Made by a program: the position numbers and the translations under genes. Positions 24,764-32,346 of a stretch of DNA of 40,958 nucleotides are shown one piece after another. The notes under the pieces were generated by a model. The model ran no database searches and was not told the DNA's origin. It saw only the letters and a program-made list of their open reading frames with translations. This DNA comes from Candidatus Omnitrophota bacterium. Its GTDB lineage: Bacteria > Omnitrophota > Omnitrophia > Omnitrophales > Danuiimicrobiaceae. The stretch spans positions 1 to 40,958 of the forward strand of contig JACOVU010000030.1 of assembly GCA_016177155.1 (NCBI GenBank). Reading direction: 5' to 3'. Position 1 is the stretch's first letter. Each line of letters starts with the position of its first letter.

Positions 24764-27001
24764 TTAATAAACTCCTGCGGCTGAAGCGGTTTGCTCTACT
24801 CCAATCTGCTTATTCGACGGCGTTCCCAAACTTACCTTCACTCCGCCGAAAAAATTTCTCGGATAAGCAGGATCGATCCCATCGCTACGAATCCGAGCAG
24901 TATAATTTTCGTTGAATAAATTATTGATCCCCGCAAAAATGGAGAGATCAAATATCTTGGCCACATCTTTAAGGATCACAACCTCGCCCGTCAAATCCCA
25001 TACGGAATAATAAGGAATGTAGCGATTCGCCGTATGCGCATCGTCTGCAAAGTGGTCGTCCACCAAAGTCGTCAAAAGGCTCAGCTTAATGCGGTCATTC
25101 CGATTGTAATTCGTCCCAAATTTAACCGTAAACTGCGGCGCATATTGTGGCGTCCGCCCTTCGGTTGGCCCATTTCGAAAATCGGCATTGAGCAGTGTAA
25201 TCGTAAAAAATTCAGAGATAGAACCGATTCGATTGGCATATTCAGAATGGTTGAGAAAATCAAAAGCTTTCACAAAATCGGCTTCTCCGTAAAATTCTAA
25301 CCCTTGGTGGAAGGAATCGCCCAAATTTTTGACTTCATTTGCGATCGTTCCAATTTGATCGTTGAAACTCAAAATAAAGTAGCTCACATCCCAAGCTAAA
25401 AAGTCGACAGGCTTCCCACGTAAACCAGCATCATACTGCCAAGCCGTTCCTTCGGTCAAATCTTCGTTGGCAACTTGATTCGTTCCTGTTGGTACTGCTT
25501 GGGTAAAAATTTTGGGGCGGTACGATTGGGAAATATTGGTATACGATTCTATTCCTTTTACAATCTCATACGCAATTCCACCGCCAAAAAGAGGCGCGAA
25601 ATCGAAAGTGGTTTCATCTGCCAACGGAACTGCTGTTTTATCCAAATTCAATTTCTCATTCAGGTGTTGCCAAATATGTTCCAATCGAACACCGGGTGTG
25701 ATCGTCAGCTTCCCAAAACGGAAAATGTTTTCAAGGAACACCGAGAAATACCAGGTATCGCGGTCAGATTTTTTTCTCAAATTCCCTGAATCAGCAGCAC
25801 GAGTCGTTCCCCGCTGGTCTTCCCTGGGAGAATGCGACATAAACGTGTGAGTCCCAACGCTCACGGTGTGAGTTTGTCCGAGCAGTTCATAATCATGACG
25901 AAGGCGTTCTTCAAAACCCAAGTTGTAGAAATCTTGTTCCTCAATATCGTTGGTCGTCGAATTTGCACCCGTTGGCAGAGTACCGAAACCTCCACCACGC
26001 TGGCGCTTGCTATAACGGCGGTAACGACCGCCATAAATCAAGAGATCCAGTTGGGTATCTTCTGAAAACTCATGTTCATATTTAACCGTCCCGTAATAAC
26101 GTTCCAATCTAAAGCGATCGAAGAAACGGGTGGTTACGGTATTATCATTCTCTAAAAGCGCGGCGGTCAATCCTCCGGGCTCACCGTGTTCTTCATGATA
26201 TTCATCGTACGTCATCGTCAAACGAGAATGACCGGTCTGATTTAAAACTGCTTTCATGCCGCTCGAGATCACTTGGAAGTCACTATTGTGGTCGCGAAAG
26301 CCTTCACCCTGCCGTTCATGAAAATAACCGTAATAACCAAGCGGCCCGACCGTGCCCGCCGCTGATTCGTAAGTAGAAAAATAATCGAAACTTCCAAACA
26401 CATTTTCCGCATGCGTAACCAGTTTTCGATCCGTGACGGGATCTTTAGTCACAAAATTGAGCGCGCCGCCAGGCTGCGGTCCGTACATCAAAGCTGCGCC
26501 TCCTCGAATGAATTCGATGTTCTCAATGGTTTGTTGCGGCGGCACGTAGTAAGACTCTGGATAACCAAACATATCCGCATGAATGGGAACTCCGTCTTTC
26601 ATGACCTGGGTAAATTGGGCTCGATGGGGTTCAAGCCCGCGATATCCAACACTAAAAAGGGGCGTTGTTTCCTCGCTCACTAATAAACCAGGTGTTTTAA
26701 CGAACGCCTGACGAAAATTGTTGTTGGTGTTGGCGGGAAGCTCCTTTAAATCAATATTCGAAGTCTTTTTTCCCGCATTGATTCTTGTTCCTTGAACGTC
26801 AGGAAGAAAAATTTCCTTTTCTTCTGGCTTTACTGCTTTGACTTGAACTTCCTTCAAGGTAGTGGTCTGAACCTTTTCTTTCTCTTCAGTGGCACCTTGA
26901 GCCGTTTCATTAACTGTAAAACCGACGGTAAAATGGCTCATGAAACAAACGAGCACCAAAACCATCATTTTTAAACCCAGCGCTAAACTCCTTAATCTCA
27001 T
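24764..27001 (-). CDS. TonB-dependent outer-membrane receptor (iron/haem-type)
   Basis: Signal peptide after M28 of the track ORF (ATG at 27001, AAGGAG upstream). Plug domain (EVQVKA ... IEFIRGGAALMYG). Long beta-barrel ending in an aromatic residue (Y). Confidence 0.9.
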   Translation of the reverse strand: MRLRSLALGLKMMVLVLVCFMSHFTVGFTVNETAQGATEEKEKVQTTTLKEVQVKAVKPEEKEIFLPDVQGTRINAGKKTSNIDLKELPANTNNNFRQAFVKTPGLLVSEETTPLFSVGYRGLEPHRAQFTQVMKDGVPIHADMFGYPESYYVPPQQTIENIEFIRGGAALMYGPQPGGALNFVTKDPVTDRKLVTHAENVFGSFDYFSTYESAAGTVGPLGYYGYFHERQGEGFRDHNSDFQVISSGMKAVLNQTGHSRLTMTYDEYHEEHGEPGGLTAALLENDNTVTTRFFDRFRLERYYGTVKYEHEFSEDTQLDLLIYGGRYRRYSKRQRGGGFGTLPTGANSTTNDIEEQDFYNLGFEERLRHDYELLGQTHTVSVGTHTFMSHSPREDQRGTTRAADSGNLRKKSDRDTWYFSVFLENIFRFGKLTITPGVRLEHIWQHLNEKLNLDKTAVPLADETTFDFAPLFGGGIAYEIVKGIESYTNISQSYRPKIFTQAVPTGTNQVANEDLTEGTAWQYDAGLRGKPVDFLAWDVSYFILSFNDQIGTIANEVKNLGDSFHQGLEFYGEADFVKAFDFLNHSEYANRIGSISEFFTITLLNADFRNGPTEGRTPQYAPQFTVKFGTNYNRNDRIKLSLLTTLVDDHFADDAHTANRYIPYYSVWDLTGEVVILKDVAKIFDLSIFAGINNLFNENYTARIRSDGIDPAYPRNFFGGVKVSLGTPSNKQIGVEQTASAAGVY

Positions 27002-27096
27002 TTTGTAGCACTCCTTTCCCTTTTTGTGATGCCTTGAGATTTTGTTTCGATTGGCTGGGTACTCGATTGGCCATATGCCCATCCCTAGCTTAAGAA

Positions 27097-27258
27097 TTAC
27101 TTATTCAAAATTAATTTTCCTGCCTTGGTAATTAAAAGACGGTACTGATCGCGGGCATGTTCAATGATCACTTCCCGCCTACCTTCAAAAAGCTCCTCGG
27201 AACGAATGACGCGTTTATCGGAAGATTCCGCTCTCCTTTCGGAAGAAGAAGTGCTCAT
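27097..27258 (-). CDS. hemP: HemP/HmuP-family small hemin-uptake protein
   Basis: The C-terminal IRSEELFEGRREVIIEHARDQYRLLITKAGKLILNK matches the HemP signature. The track ORF runs to 27351, but that part is repeat copy D. The ATG at 27258 gives 53 aa. Confidence 0.7.
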   Translation of the reverse strand: MSTSSSERRAESSDKRVIRSEELFEGRREVIIEHARDQYRLLITKAGKLILNK

Positions 27259-27351
27259 CCCAACTACCTGCTTTCCCGCCGCAGGCGGATTATTTTCATC
27301 TTGTGAAACAAATAATTGGCCCTCCGGACCAAAAGCAGGTGGTGGGATCAT
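27255..27351. repeat. Stop-to-start inverted-repeat intergenic element, copy D (degenerate)
   Basis: Arms are tcATCCCAACTACCTGCTTT (27255-27274) and AAAGCAGGTGGTGGGATca (27332-27350). Inner hairpin ccgcc-gca-ggcgg. On the gene strand it spans the fur TGA to the hemP ATG. Confidence 0.8.
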
Positions 27352-27782
27352 TGACAGTCTTTACAAGTTCCAAATAATCGATGATCGTGAAAGGTGAGTT
27401 TGAAACTGTATTCAGAACAAACTTTTTGCTGAAGCTTCTCAATTTCTTCACACTGAAACTCGATAATCTTTCCACATTTCACACAAATCATGTGGTCGTG
27501 ATGCCCTTTAGTTCCAATGCTCTCGAAAAAATCCCGCTTCCCCGCTCCTGCCGACTTTTGAATCACACCACTTTCCAACAGTAGCGGAAGGGTTCGATAG
27601 ACCGTATCGCGGGAGACGCGAGCTCCTTTTTTCCGAAATCGGTCATAAAGGCTGTCCGCGTCAAAGTGGTGTTTCAGATGGGTTGCTTCTTCAAAGATAA
27701 GTTTCCGTTCGAGGGTATATTTAAAACCTCTACCTTCCAGTAATTCCTGAAACTGCTCTTCTTTGGCTTTCAGCTTTTCCAT
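27348..27782 (-). CDS. fur: Fur-family metalloregulator
   Basis: Winged-helix N-terminus, HHDHMICVKCGKIIEF and C-terminal CKDC metal sites. It heads the iron-uptake gene string. Confidence 0.9.
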   Translation of the reverse strand: MEKLKAKEEQFQELLEGRGFKYTLERKLIFEEATHLKHHFDADSLYDRFRKKGARVSRDTVYRTLPLLLESGVIQKSAGAGKRDFFESIGTKGHHDHMICVKCGKIIEFQCEEIEKLQQKVCSEYSFKLTFHDHRLFGTCKDCQ

Positions 27783-27822
27783 GAGGCCTTTTTATCTGTT
27801 GTATCGCACTATATCAGATTTA

Positions 27823-27853
27823 ATCCTAATTAAGATTAAATCTTAATTAGGAT
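27823..27853. promoter_or_regulatory. 31-bp perfect AT-rich palindrome (candidate Fur-family operator)
   Basis: ATCCTAATTAAGATT-A-AATCTTAATTAGGAT. It sits immediately downstream of a candidate fur promoter and about 40 nt upstream of the fur ATG. Confidence 0.6.
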
Positions 27854-27856
27854 GAT

Positions 27857-27884
27857 ATCTTATTTAATTTATAAAAACTGTCAA
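27857..27884 (-). promoter_or_regulatory. Sigma-70-type promoter candidate for fur
   Basis: Minus strand reads TTGACA (27884-27879), 16 nt, then TAAGAT (27862-27857). Confidence 0.5.
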
Positions 27885-28032
27885 GTGGTTTTTCAGACAA
27901 AACGCAGAGGAAGGCCAACTAAACTTTCCTACCCATTTTAATAAGTGGGCGCTTTCTCCTTATAGCTCCCGGCGTTCTCTTGTAATCAAAACTGCCATGG
28001 GTTAACCTTATAATAGCTTTGGATTTGTATCG

Positions 28033-28224
28033 CTGATTGACAAGGAACGATAAGAGCAAACCTGATCGAAAGATAGGGACGTCCTACTTCGCTTAGTCCT
28101 TAACGGCTAAGCTTCGTAGGACTCTTCGAAGCTGTGCCGACAAGGACACAGCGAAGGAGAGCAAAGCCGTGCGCCTAAAGCCAAAGGGGCTAAGGTAGGC
28201 AGGTTGCCGAATCTCCTGTCAGTA
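28033..28224 (+). ncRNA. GEMM-I-like cyclic-dinucleotide riboswitch candidate with an ~80-nt two-hairpin insertion
   Basis: ACGAUAAGAGCAAACCUGAUCGAAAGAUAGGGAC (28047-28080) and GCAAAGCCGUGCGCCUAAAGCCAAAGGGGCUAAGGUAGGCAGGUUGCCGAAUC (28161-28213) align block for block with my memory of the V. cholerae Vc2 aptamer (ACGCACAGGGCAAACC..CGAAAG..GGGACGCAAAGCC..CCUAAACC..GGUAGGUAGCGGGGUUACCGA). It is followed by an intrinsic terminator and lies upstream of pilin-like genes. Confidence 0.65.
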
Positions 28225-28248
28225 GAAAAATCTGACGAATGGATGTGC

Positions 28249-28280
28249 GGCCTATCTTTTTTGATAGGCCATTTTTATTT
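28249..28280 (+). terminator. Intrinsic terminator (riboswitch expression platform)
   Basis: ggcctatc-tttttt-gataggcc followed by atttttattt. It ends 35 nt before the first pilin-like ATG. Confidence 0.75.
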
Positions 28281-28314
28281 GCCCCGTTAGAGATAAGTGA
28301 ACGACGGAGAAAAC

Positions 28315-28707
28315 ATGATTAAAGAAAAAAGCATTTTGGGGTTCACATTAATAGAAATTATGTTGGGGATTTCTCTCTTCGTCTTGGCTCTTTTTCCTCT
28401 CCTTTCGGTACTGGGCCAATCCCTTTCATTCGGGACTTATGCTAACAACCGTGCGATCGCCATGAATGAGGCAAGGCGGGTGATGGAAGATGTCAGGCGT
28501 GTAGCAGATACCAGCAGCCTGGCAAACGTGGTCAGTCTCTCTTACACGGGAACAGCTTTACCCGGAGAGATCATCTCCATCACAGATCTCTCAGACAATC
28601 CGCTCACAAACAATGCAAATCCTTTACCACTTCAAGTGACCGTGAATTGGACTGAGAAATCAAGAACGGTCCAATATCGAGTTGTAACGATGGTGACCGA
28701 ACGATGA
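28315..28707 (+). CDS. Prepilin-type N-terminal cleavage/methylation domain protein (pseudopilin / minor pilin)
   Basis: SILGFTLIEIMLGISLFVL class-III signal motif. GGAGA lies 5 nt upstream of the ATG at 28315. The track start at 28297 is GTG. Confidence 0.8.
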   Translation: MIKEKSILGFTLIEIMLGISLFVLALFPLLSVLGQSLSFGTYANNRAIAMNEARRVMEDVRRVADTSSLANVVSLSYTGTALPGEIISITDLSDNPLTNNANPLPLQVTVNWTEKSRTVQYRVVTMVTER

Positions 28708-29231
28708 AAAATAGAAAAATAAAAAACAATTCGGGCTTAACACTTCTAGAAATGATGGTCGGAAGTGCCTTGCTCGCTCTTTTTTCTGTCTTTCTCGTGA
28801 ATTTTGTCATGACCACCCAAAAGGCTTGGATGATTGAACACACAGCTGTCCCGATACGTAATGATGCGAAGCGCTCTCTTGAAGTGATGGTCAAAGAATT
28901 TCGCGAAGGAGATCCGTCCGCTTATGGAGGTGTCTCGATCTCTGGGAGCGCTCCTTCACAAACGATTGTCTTTAGCGTTCCACGTGAAGTGAATCAAAGT
29001 TCAATTTTATCGTACCGAGCCGTTACCTTCACACATGACGCAACCCAGAAATATATAACGCGCACGACGGATGGAACAACCACCATCGTCGCGCAAAACA
29101 TTGACTCGCTTCTTTTTTCATACTCGTCATCTGATCAAATTGTGACAGCAACGGTGGGAACAAGTAAGGCCACACCAGAAGGCACGACGCTGCAAACGAC
29201 GTTGAGCGCGCAGGCGAGACTCAGGAATTAA
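28704..29231 (+). CDS. Prepilin-type N-terminal cleavage/methylation domain protein (pseudopilin / minor pilin)
   Basis: NSGLTLLEMMVGSALLALF motif. ATGA overlap with the preceding gene. Confidence 0.8.
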   Translation: MKNRKIKNNSGLTLLEMMVGSALLALFSVFLVNFVMTTQKAWMIEHTAVPIRNDAKRSLEVMVKEFREGDPSAYGGVSISGSAPSQTIVFSVPREVNQSSILSYRAVTFTHDATQKYITRTTDGTTTIVAQNIDSLLFSYSSSDQIVTATVGTSKATPEGTTLQTTLSAQARLRN

Positions 29232-29245
29232 GGAGGTATCAAAAC

Positions 29246-30259
29246 ATGAACCTATTTTTCAATTTGAACAATCGAAAAGGAATGATGCTGATTTGGTTTT
29301 ATTTACTGATCGGTGTATTGGTCATTACAGGAGGTAGCCTCTATAGCCTTGCGTTTCAAGAGTCTCGTCTCATTGCCATGGATCAGGCGCGCGACAAAGC
29401 ATTTTATGTTGCCGAAGGAGGTTTGGATAGAAAACTGGCCGAAATTCGCTCGGGAAGCATGAGTGCGGTTTACGGTTCGCTCGGCATTGGCAGTTACGCA
29501 GCAAGTTATGACAGCACGACTAAGAAAATTACAGCTCAAGGAACTGTAAATGGTATCACTAAAACCATTATTGCTGTAGTTTCAAAAACGATCCCGCCCG
29601 GGGCAAAGGCGGCGATTACCTCGGAAGGCGACATGAGTTTTAACGGAAACATTACAGTAGACGGTCGAGACCACGATGCAAGCGGTAACTTAACAGGCGA
29701 CCCTGGTACTTATGGTGCGTCGAGCGGTGGAACGGTCACTCAAAGTGGGAGTTCGGATATCGGCGGAAATGGAATCGCGCCCTCAAGCCCTGCTAATCCT
29801 GCGACGATTCAACAAGGCTCGAGTAACCCTTTTAATAGCCCCGAAGAACTGCTTGGAGTTCCCTCTGGAAGTCTGGATCAGTACAAAACAGCCACTCCGC
29901 CATCGACCCCTTTCAATGGTATTGTCTACTACACCGGAGATTCGTGGATCGCACCTGACTTGGGAACTGAAAGCAATCCCAGCACAGGAATCTTGATTGT
30001 CCATAATGCCACGGGCGATGCCCTCCTCAAAAATATCCATGGCTACTTCAAAGGAATTATCATCGCCGACGACATTGTGCACATTAACGGAAATGCTACG
30101 ATCATCGGAGGGGTCATCGCCAAAACCTCAACCGGTACGACCGGGGATGGATCAGCGGAAGTTCTATATAGCTCGTCAGTTTTGGAAGATCTTCCTGCCG
30201 GAAATTATACAACCGTATCTTGGGAAGACACGCAAAATCCGTCGTATACCTATTTATGA
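29246..30259 (+). CDS. PilX-N-like pilus-associated protein with Gly/Ser/Thr-rich repetitive C-terminal domain
   Basis: N-terminal hydrophobic helix followed by LAFQESRLIAMDQARDKAFYVAEGGLD (PilX N-terminal-like). The C-terminal half has GxIIxxD/GN repeats suggesting a beta-helix. Confidence 0.6.
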   Translation: MNLFFNLNNRKGMMLIWFYLLIGVLVITGGSLYSLAFQESRLIAMDQARDKAFYVAEGGLDRKLAEIRSGSMSAVYGSLGIGSYAASYDSTTKKITAQGTVNGITKTIIAVVSKTIPPGAKAAITSEGDMSFNGNITVDGRDHDASGNLTGDPGTYGASSGGTVTQSGSSDIGGNGIAPSSPANPATIQQGSSNPFNSPEELLGVPSGSLDQYKTATPPSTPFNGIVYYTGDSWIAPDLGTESNPSTGILIVHNATGDALLKNIHGYFKGIIIADDIVHINGNATIIGGVIAKTSTGTTGDGSAEVLYSSSVLEDLPAGNYTTVSWEDTQNPSYTYL

Positions 30260-30361
30260 TCCCAACCACCTGCTTGTCCCCCGTATGGGGGAATCTCTTT
30301 AGAGATACAAGAGCGCACCCACTCCTGGAAGTGCGCTCTTGCCAAGCAGGTGGTGGGATGA
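30256..30361. repeat. Stop-to-start inverted-repeat intergenic element, copy E
   Basis: atgATCCCAACCACCTGCTTG (30256-30276) and CAAGCAGGTGGTGGGATga (30343-30361). Internal hairpins ccccc-gta-tggggg and aagagcgc/gcgctctt. ATGA at both ends on the plus strand. Confidence 0.9.
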
Positions 30362-31224
30362 TCCGAATCGTTGCGTTAACCGTTGCGATACTACTGCTCG
30401 GCGGTTCGCCGAAAGCCCTGAGCACAAATGATTCTTCTTCTAAAAAACCAATCGAAATTCTGAGCAATCGCCTCGAAAGCGTCCAGAAACGCCTTGAGGC
30501 CGCCCGGCAAATCAAGCTCGACGAAAATCCAAAGATCATGCCGGATTTAATCCGAATGGTCCGAGACCCTGATGATTCAATCGTGATTCGCAGTCAAGTC
30601 ATCGAACTCCTGATTGCTTCGAGCGATCCTTGGATTTGGTCGGAACTCAAAAATATGCTCGGCGTTTCCTCCCTTTCACAAGAAACCAAACGATTGGCAG
30701 TTTATGCGCTTTATAAGAAAAACTCCAAGGAGGCAATGCCGCTTTTAGTACGGAGCGCCCAAAATCCAAGAGAGTCAGCGGAATTAAGAACGACGGCACT
30801 TTCTTATCTTAGCCAAATCGATGGGAATTACCCCTCTTTCTTTTGGAGAAATTTATTGAAAAGCAAAGAACATCCCGTCCCCGTCCGTATTGCCGCCATG
30901 AACGGGATGGAAACGCTCGGAATTCTCAAGGCAGAAGGAGCGCTCTTTTCCCAAATGCTTCAAGACCCGAATGAACCTGTGGAACTTCGAAAATCCATTA
31001 TTCTAACTGCGGGACGGGTATTCACACCGAACGAATTCCAAACTGAAATAATCGGAATTATTGCAAACTCTAAAAACGCTTCAGAAATCAGGCGTTTTGC
31101 GATCGATAATCTAGCCAATTTTGCGGACCGATCCCTCGTGCCTCAGCTAGAAGGAATTGCAGCGAAAGAAAAAGACCCGGCCGTCCTCCAAGAATTAAGT
31201 ACCTTGATTAAAAAGTTCTCTTGA
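30358..31224 (+). CDS. Secreted HEAT/PBS-lyase-like repeat protein
   Basis: The start MIRIVALTVAILLLGG (signal peptide) is the ATG supplied at the end of repeat copy E. It is followed by repeated helical units with (V/L)R..A...L spacing. The track ORF start at 30220 reads through the repeat. Confidence 0.65.
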   Translation: MIRIVALTVAILLLGGSPKALSTNDSSSKKPIEILSNRLESVQKRLEAARQIKLDENPKIMPDLIRMVRDPDDSIVIRSQVIELLIASSDPWIWSELKNMLGVSSLSQETKRLAVYALYKKNSKEAMPLLVRSAQNPRESAELRTTALSYLSQIDGNYPSFFWRNLLKSKEHPVPVRIAAMNGMETLGILKAEGALFSQMLQDPNEPVELRKSIILTAGRVFTPNEFQTEIIGIIANSKNASEIRRFAIDNLANFADRSLVPQLEGIAAKEKDPAVLQELSTLIKKFS

Positions 31225-31248
31225 AGTAATCTTCCCTAAAATAGTGTT

Positions 31249-31905
31249 ATGCTGATGAAGAAGAAAATTGCTGTTCTTACAAGCGGCGGCTTAGATAGCA
31301 CCATTTTGACCGCTCATCTTTTAAAACAAGGCTGGACCGTCAAACCCCTCTACAACCAAAGCGGACATCGGTGGGAACAAATGGAACTCTTTTGGCTCAA
31401 GCGATTGCTGAAAGCTCTGGCTACAAAAACATTAAAGCCATTGACAGTACTTTCTGTCCCAACCCTTGACTTATACAAAAATCACTGGAGCATGACTGGT
31501 AAAAAGATCCCGGGATCAAAATCTCATGACCAAGAAGTTTACCTCCCTGGCAAAAATCTCTTACTGATTGCAAAAGCTTCGGTTTTCTGCGCACTCCAAA
31601 AAATTCCCTATCTGGCCTTAGCACCACTTAAAACCAATCCCTTTGCCGATGCGCGGAGATCTTTCTTTAAGAATCTGGAACGCGCCTGTTCCGAAGGGCT
31701 CGACTTTAGGTTCAAAATCCTTACGCCTTTCCTCAGTCGATCCAAGCGCGAGGTGATGAAACTTGGCCGCATGCTTCCACTTCATCTTACCTTTTCATGT
31801 CTTGCCCCAAAGAGATTTCGCCATTGCGGCAAATGCAATAAATGCGCAGAACGAAAACGCGCCTTCCGAAAGGCGGGCATTCAAGACAAAACGTCTTATG
31901 CCTAA
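31249..31905 (+). CDS. queC: QueC-family PP-loop ATPase (7-cyano-7-deazaguanine synthase-like, divergent)
   Basis: VLTSGGLDST PP-loop, YLPGKNLLL, and a C-terminal SC...HCGKCNKCAERKRAF Zn-cysteine cluster. The middle region is divergent from E. coli QueC as I remember it. Confidence 0.7.
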   Translation: MLMKKKIAVLTSGGLDSTILTAHLLKQGWTVKPLYNQSGHRWEQMELFWLKRLLKALATKTLKPLTVLSVPTLDLYKNHWSMTGKKIPGSKSHDQEVYLPGKNLLLIAKASVFCALQKIPYLALAPLKTNPFADARRSFFKNLERACSEGLDFRFKILTPFLSRSKREVMKLGRMLPLHLTFSCLAPKRFRHCGKCNKCAERKRAFRKAGIQDKTSYA

Positions 31906-31910
31906 TAAAG

Positions 31911-31945
31911 AAAAACCCCCGCTCCTTACAGAACGGGGGTTTTCT
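31911..31945. terminator. Bidirectional intrinsic terminator
   Basis: aaaaacccccg-ctccttacagaa-cgggggttttct lies between the convergent queC-like and csp genes. Confidence 0.8.
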
Positions 31946-31959
31946 AATAAGCAACAAAC

Positions 31960-32163
31960 TTAACGTTTAGAAACGTTTGCAGCTTGGTCGCCTTTAGGTC
32001 CGCGGACCACGTCAAATTGAACGTGATCTCCATCGTTTAGGCTTTTGAAACCTTCACCTTGAATAGCAGTGTGATGTACAAACACATCTTTTCCACCGTT
32101 TTCGGGAGTGATAAATCCAAAACCTTTGGCGTTATCGAACCACTTTACAGTACCTTGTGCCAT
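31960..32163 (-). CDS. cspA: Cold-shock protein (CspA family)
   Basis: [15 protein letters not shown] (RNP1) and VFVHHTAI (RNP2). Length 67 aa. Confidence 0.95.
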   Translation of the reverse strand: MAQGTVKWFDNAKGFGFITPENGGKDVFVHHTAIQGEGFKSLNDGDHVQFDVVRGPKGDQAANVSKR

Positions 32164-32303
32164 GTTAAACTCCTTTCTTAGGAAGCAAAGGAGGCTTTCG
32201 GAAAATAAATAAGCCGTAAGCTCACGTTAATGAAGCTTACGGCCTTAACCACTTTATTCGTCCTGACCCTCGAACTTTACTTCAAATTAACAATCGCGGA
32301 ATC

Positions 32304-32331
32304 ATAATACAAGATTAAATCAGAAAGTCAA
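32304..32331 (-). promoter_or_regulatory. Sigma-70 promoter candidate with long 5' UTR for csp
   Basis: Minus strand reads TTGACT, 16 nt, then TATTAT. A leader of about 130 nt contains the hairpin ggccgtaagct.../...agcttacggc, as is typical for cspA-type genes. Confidence 0.6.
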
Positions 32332-32346
32332 CACGTATTTAAAAAC

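Noticed and set aside
27900-28030. Possible additional ncRNA or strong promoter upstream of the riboswitch
   Set aside because: Only a TATAAT (28009-28014) without a convincing -35 at 16-18 nt could be found. The TTGACA at 28037-28042 lacks a -10 and falls within the outer helix predicted for the aptamer candidate. No separate structured element could be supported.
4961-30361. The five repeat copies as a CRISPR array, integron attC sites or classical REP elements
   Set aside because: The copies are kilobases apart and are inverted-repeat bounded rather than direct repeats with spacers. They lack the RYYYAAC/GTTRRRY attC cores and any integrase. They do not carry a GTAG-type REP head, as far as I can see.
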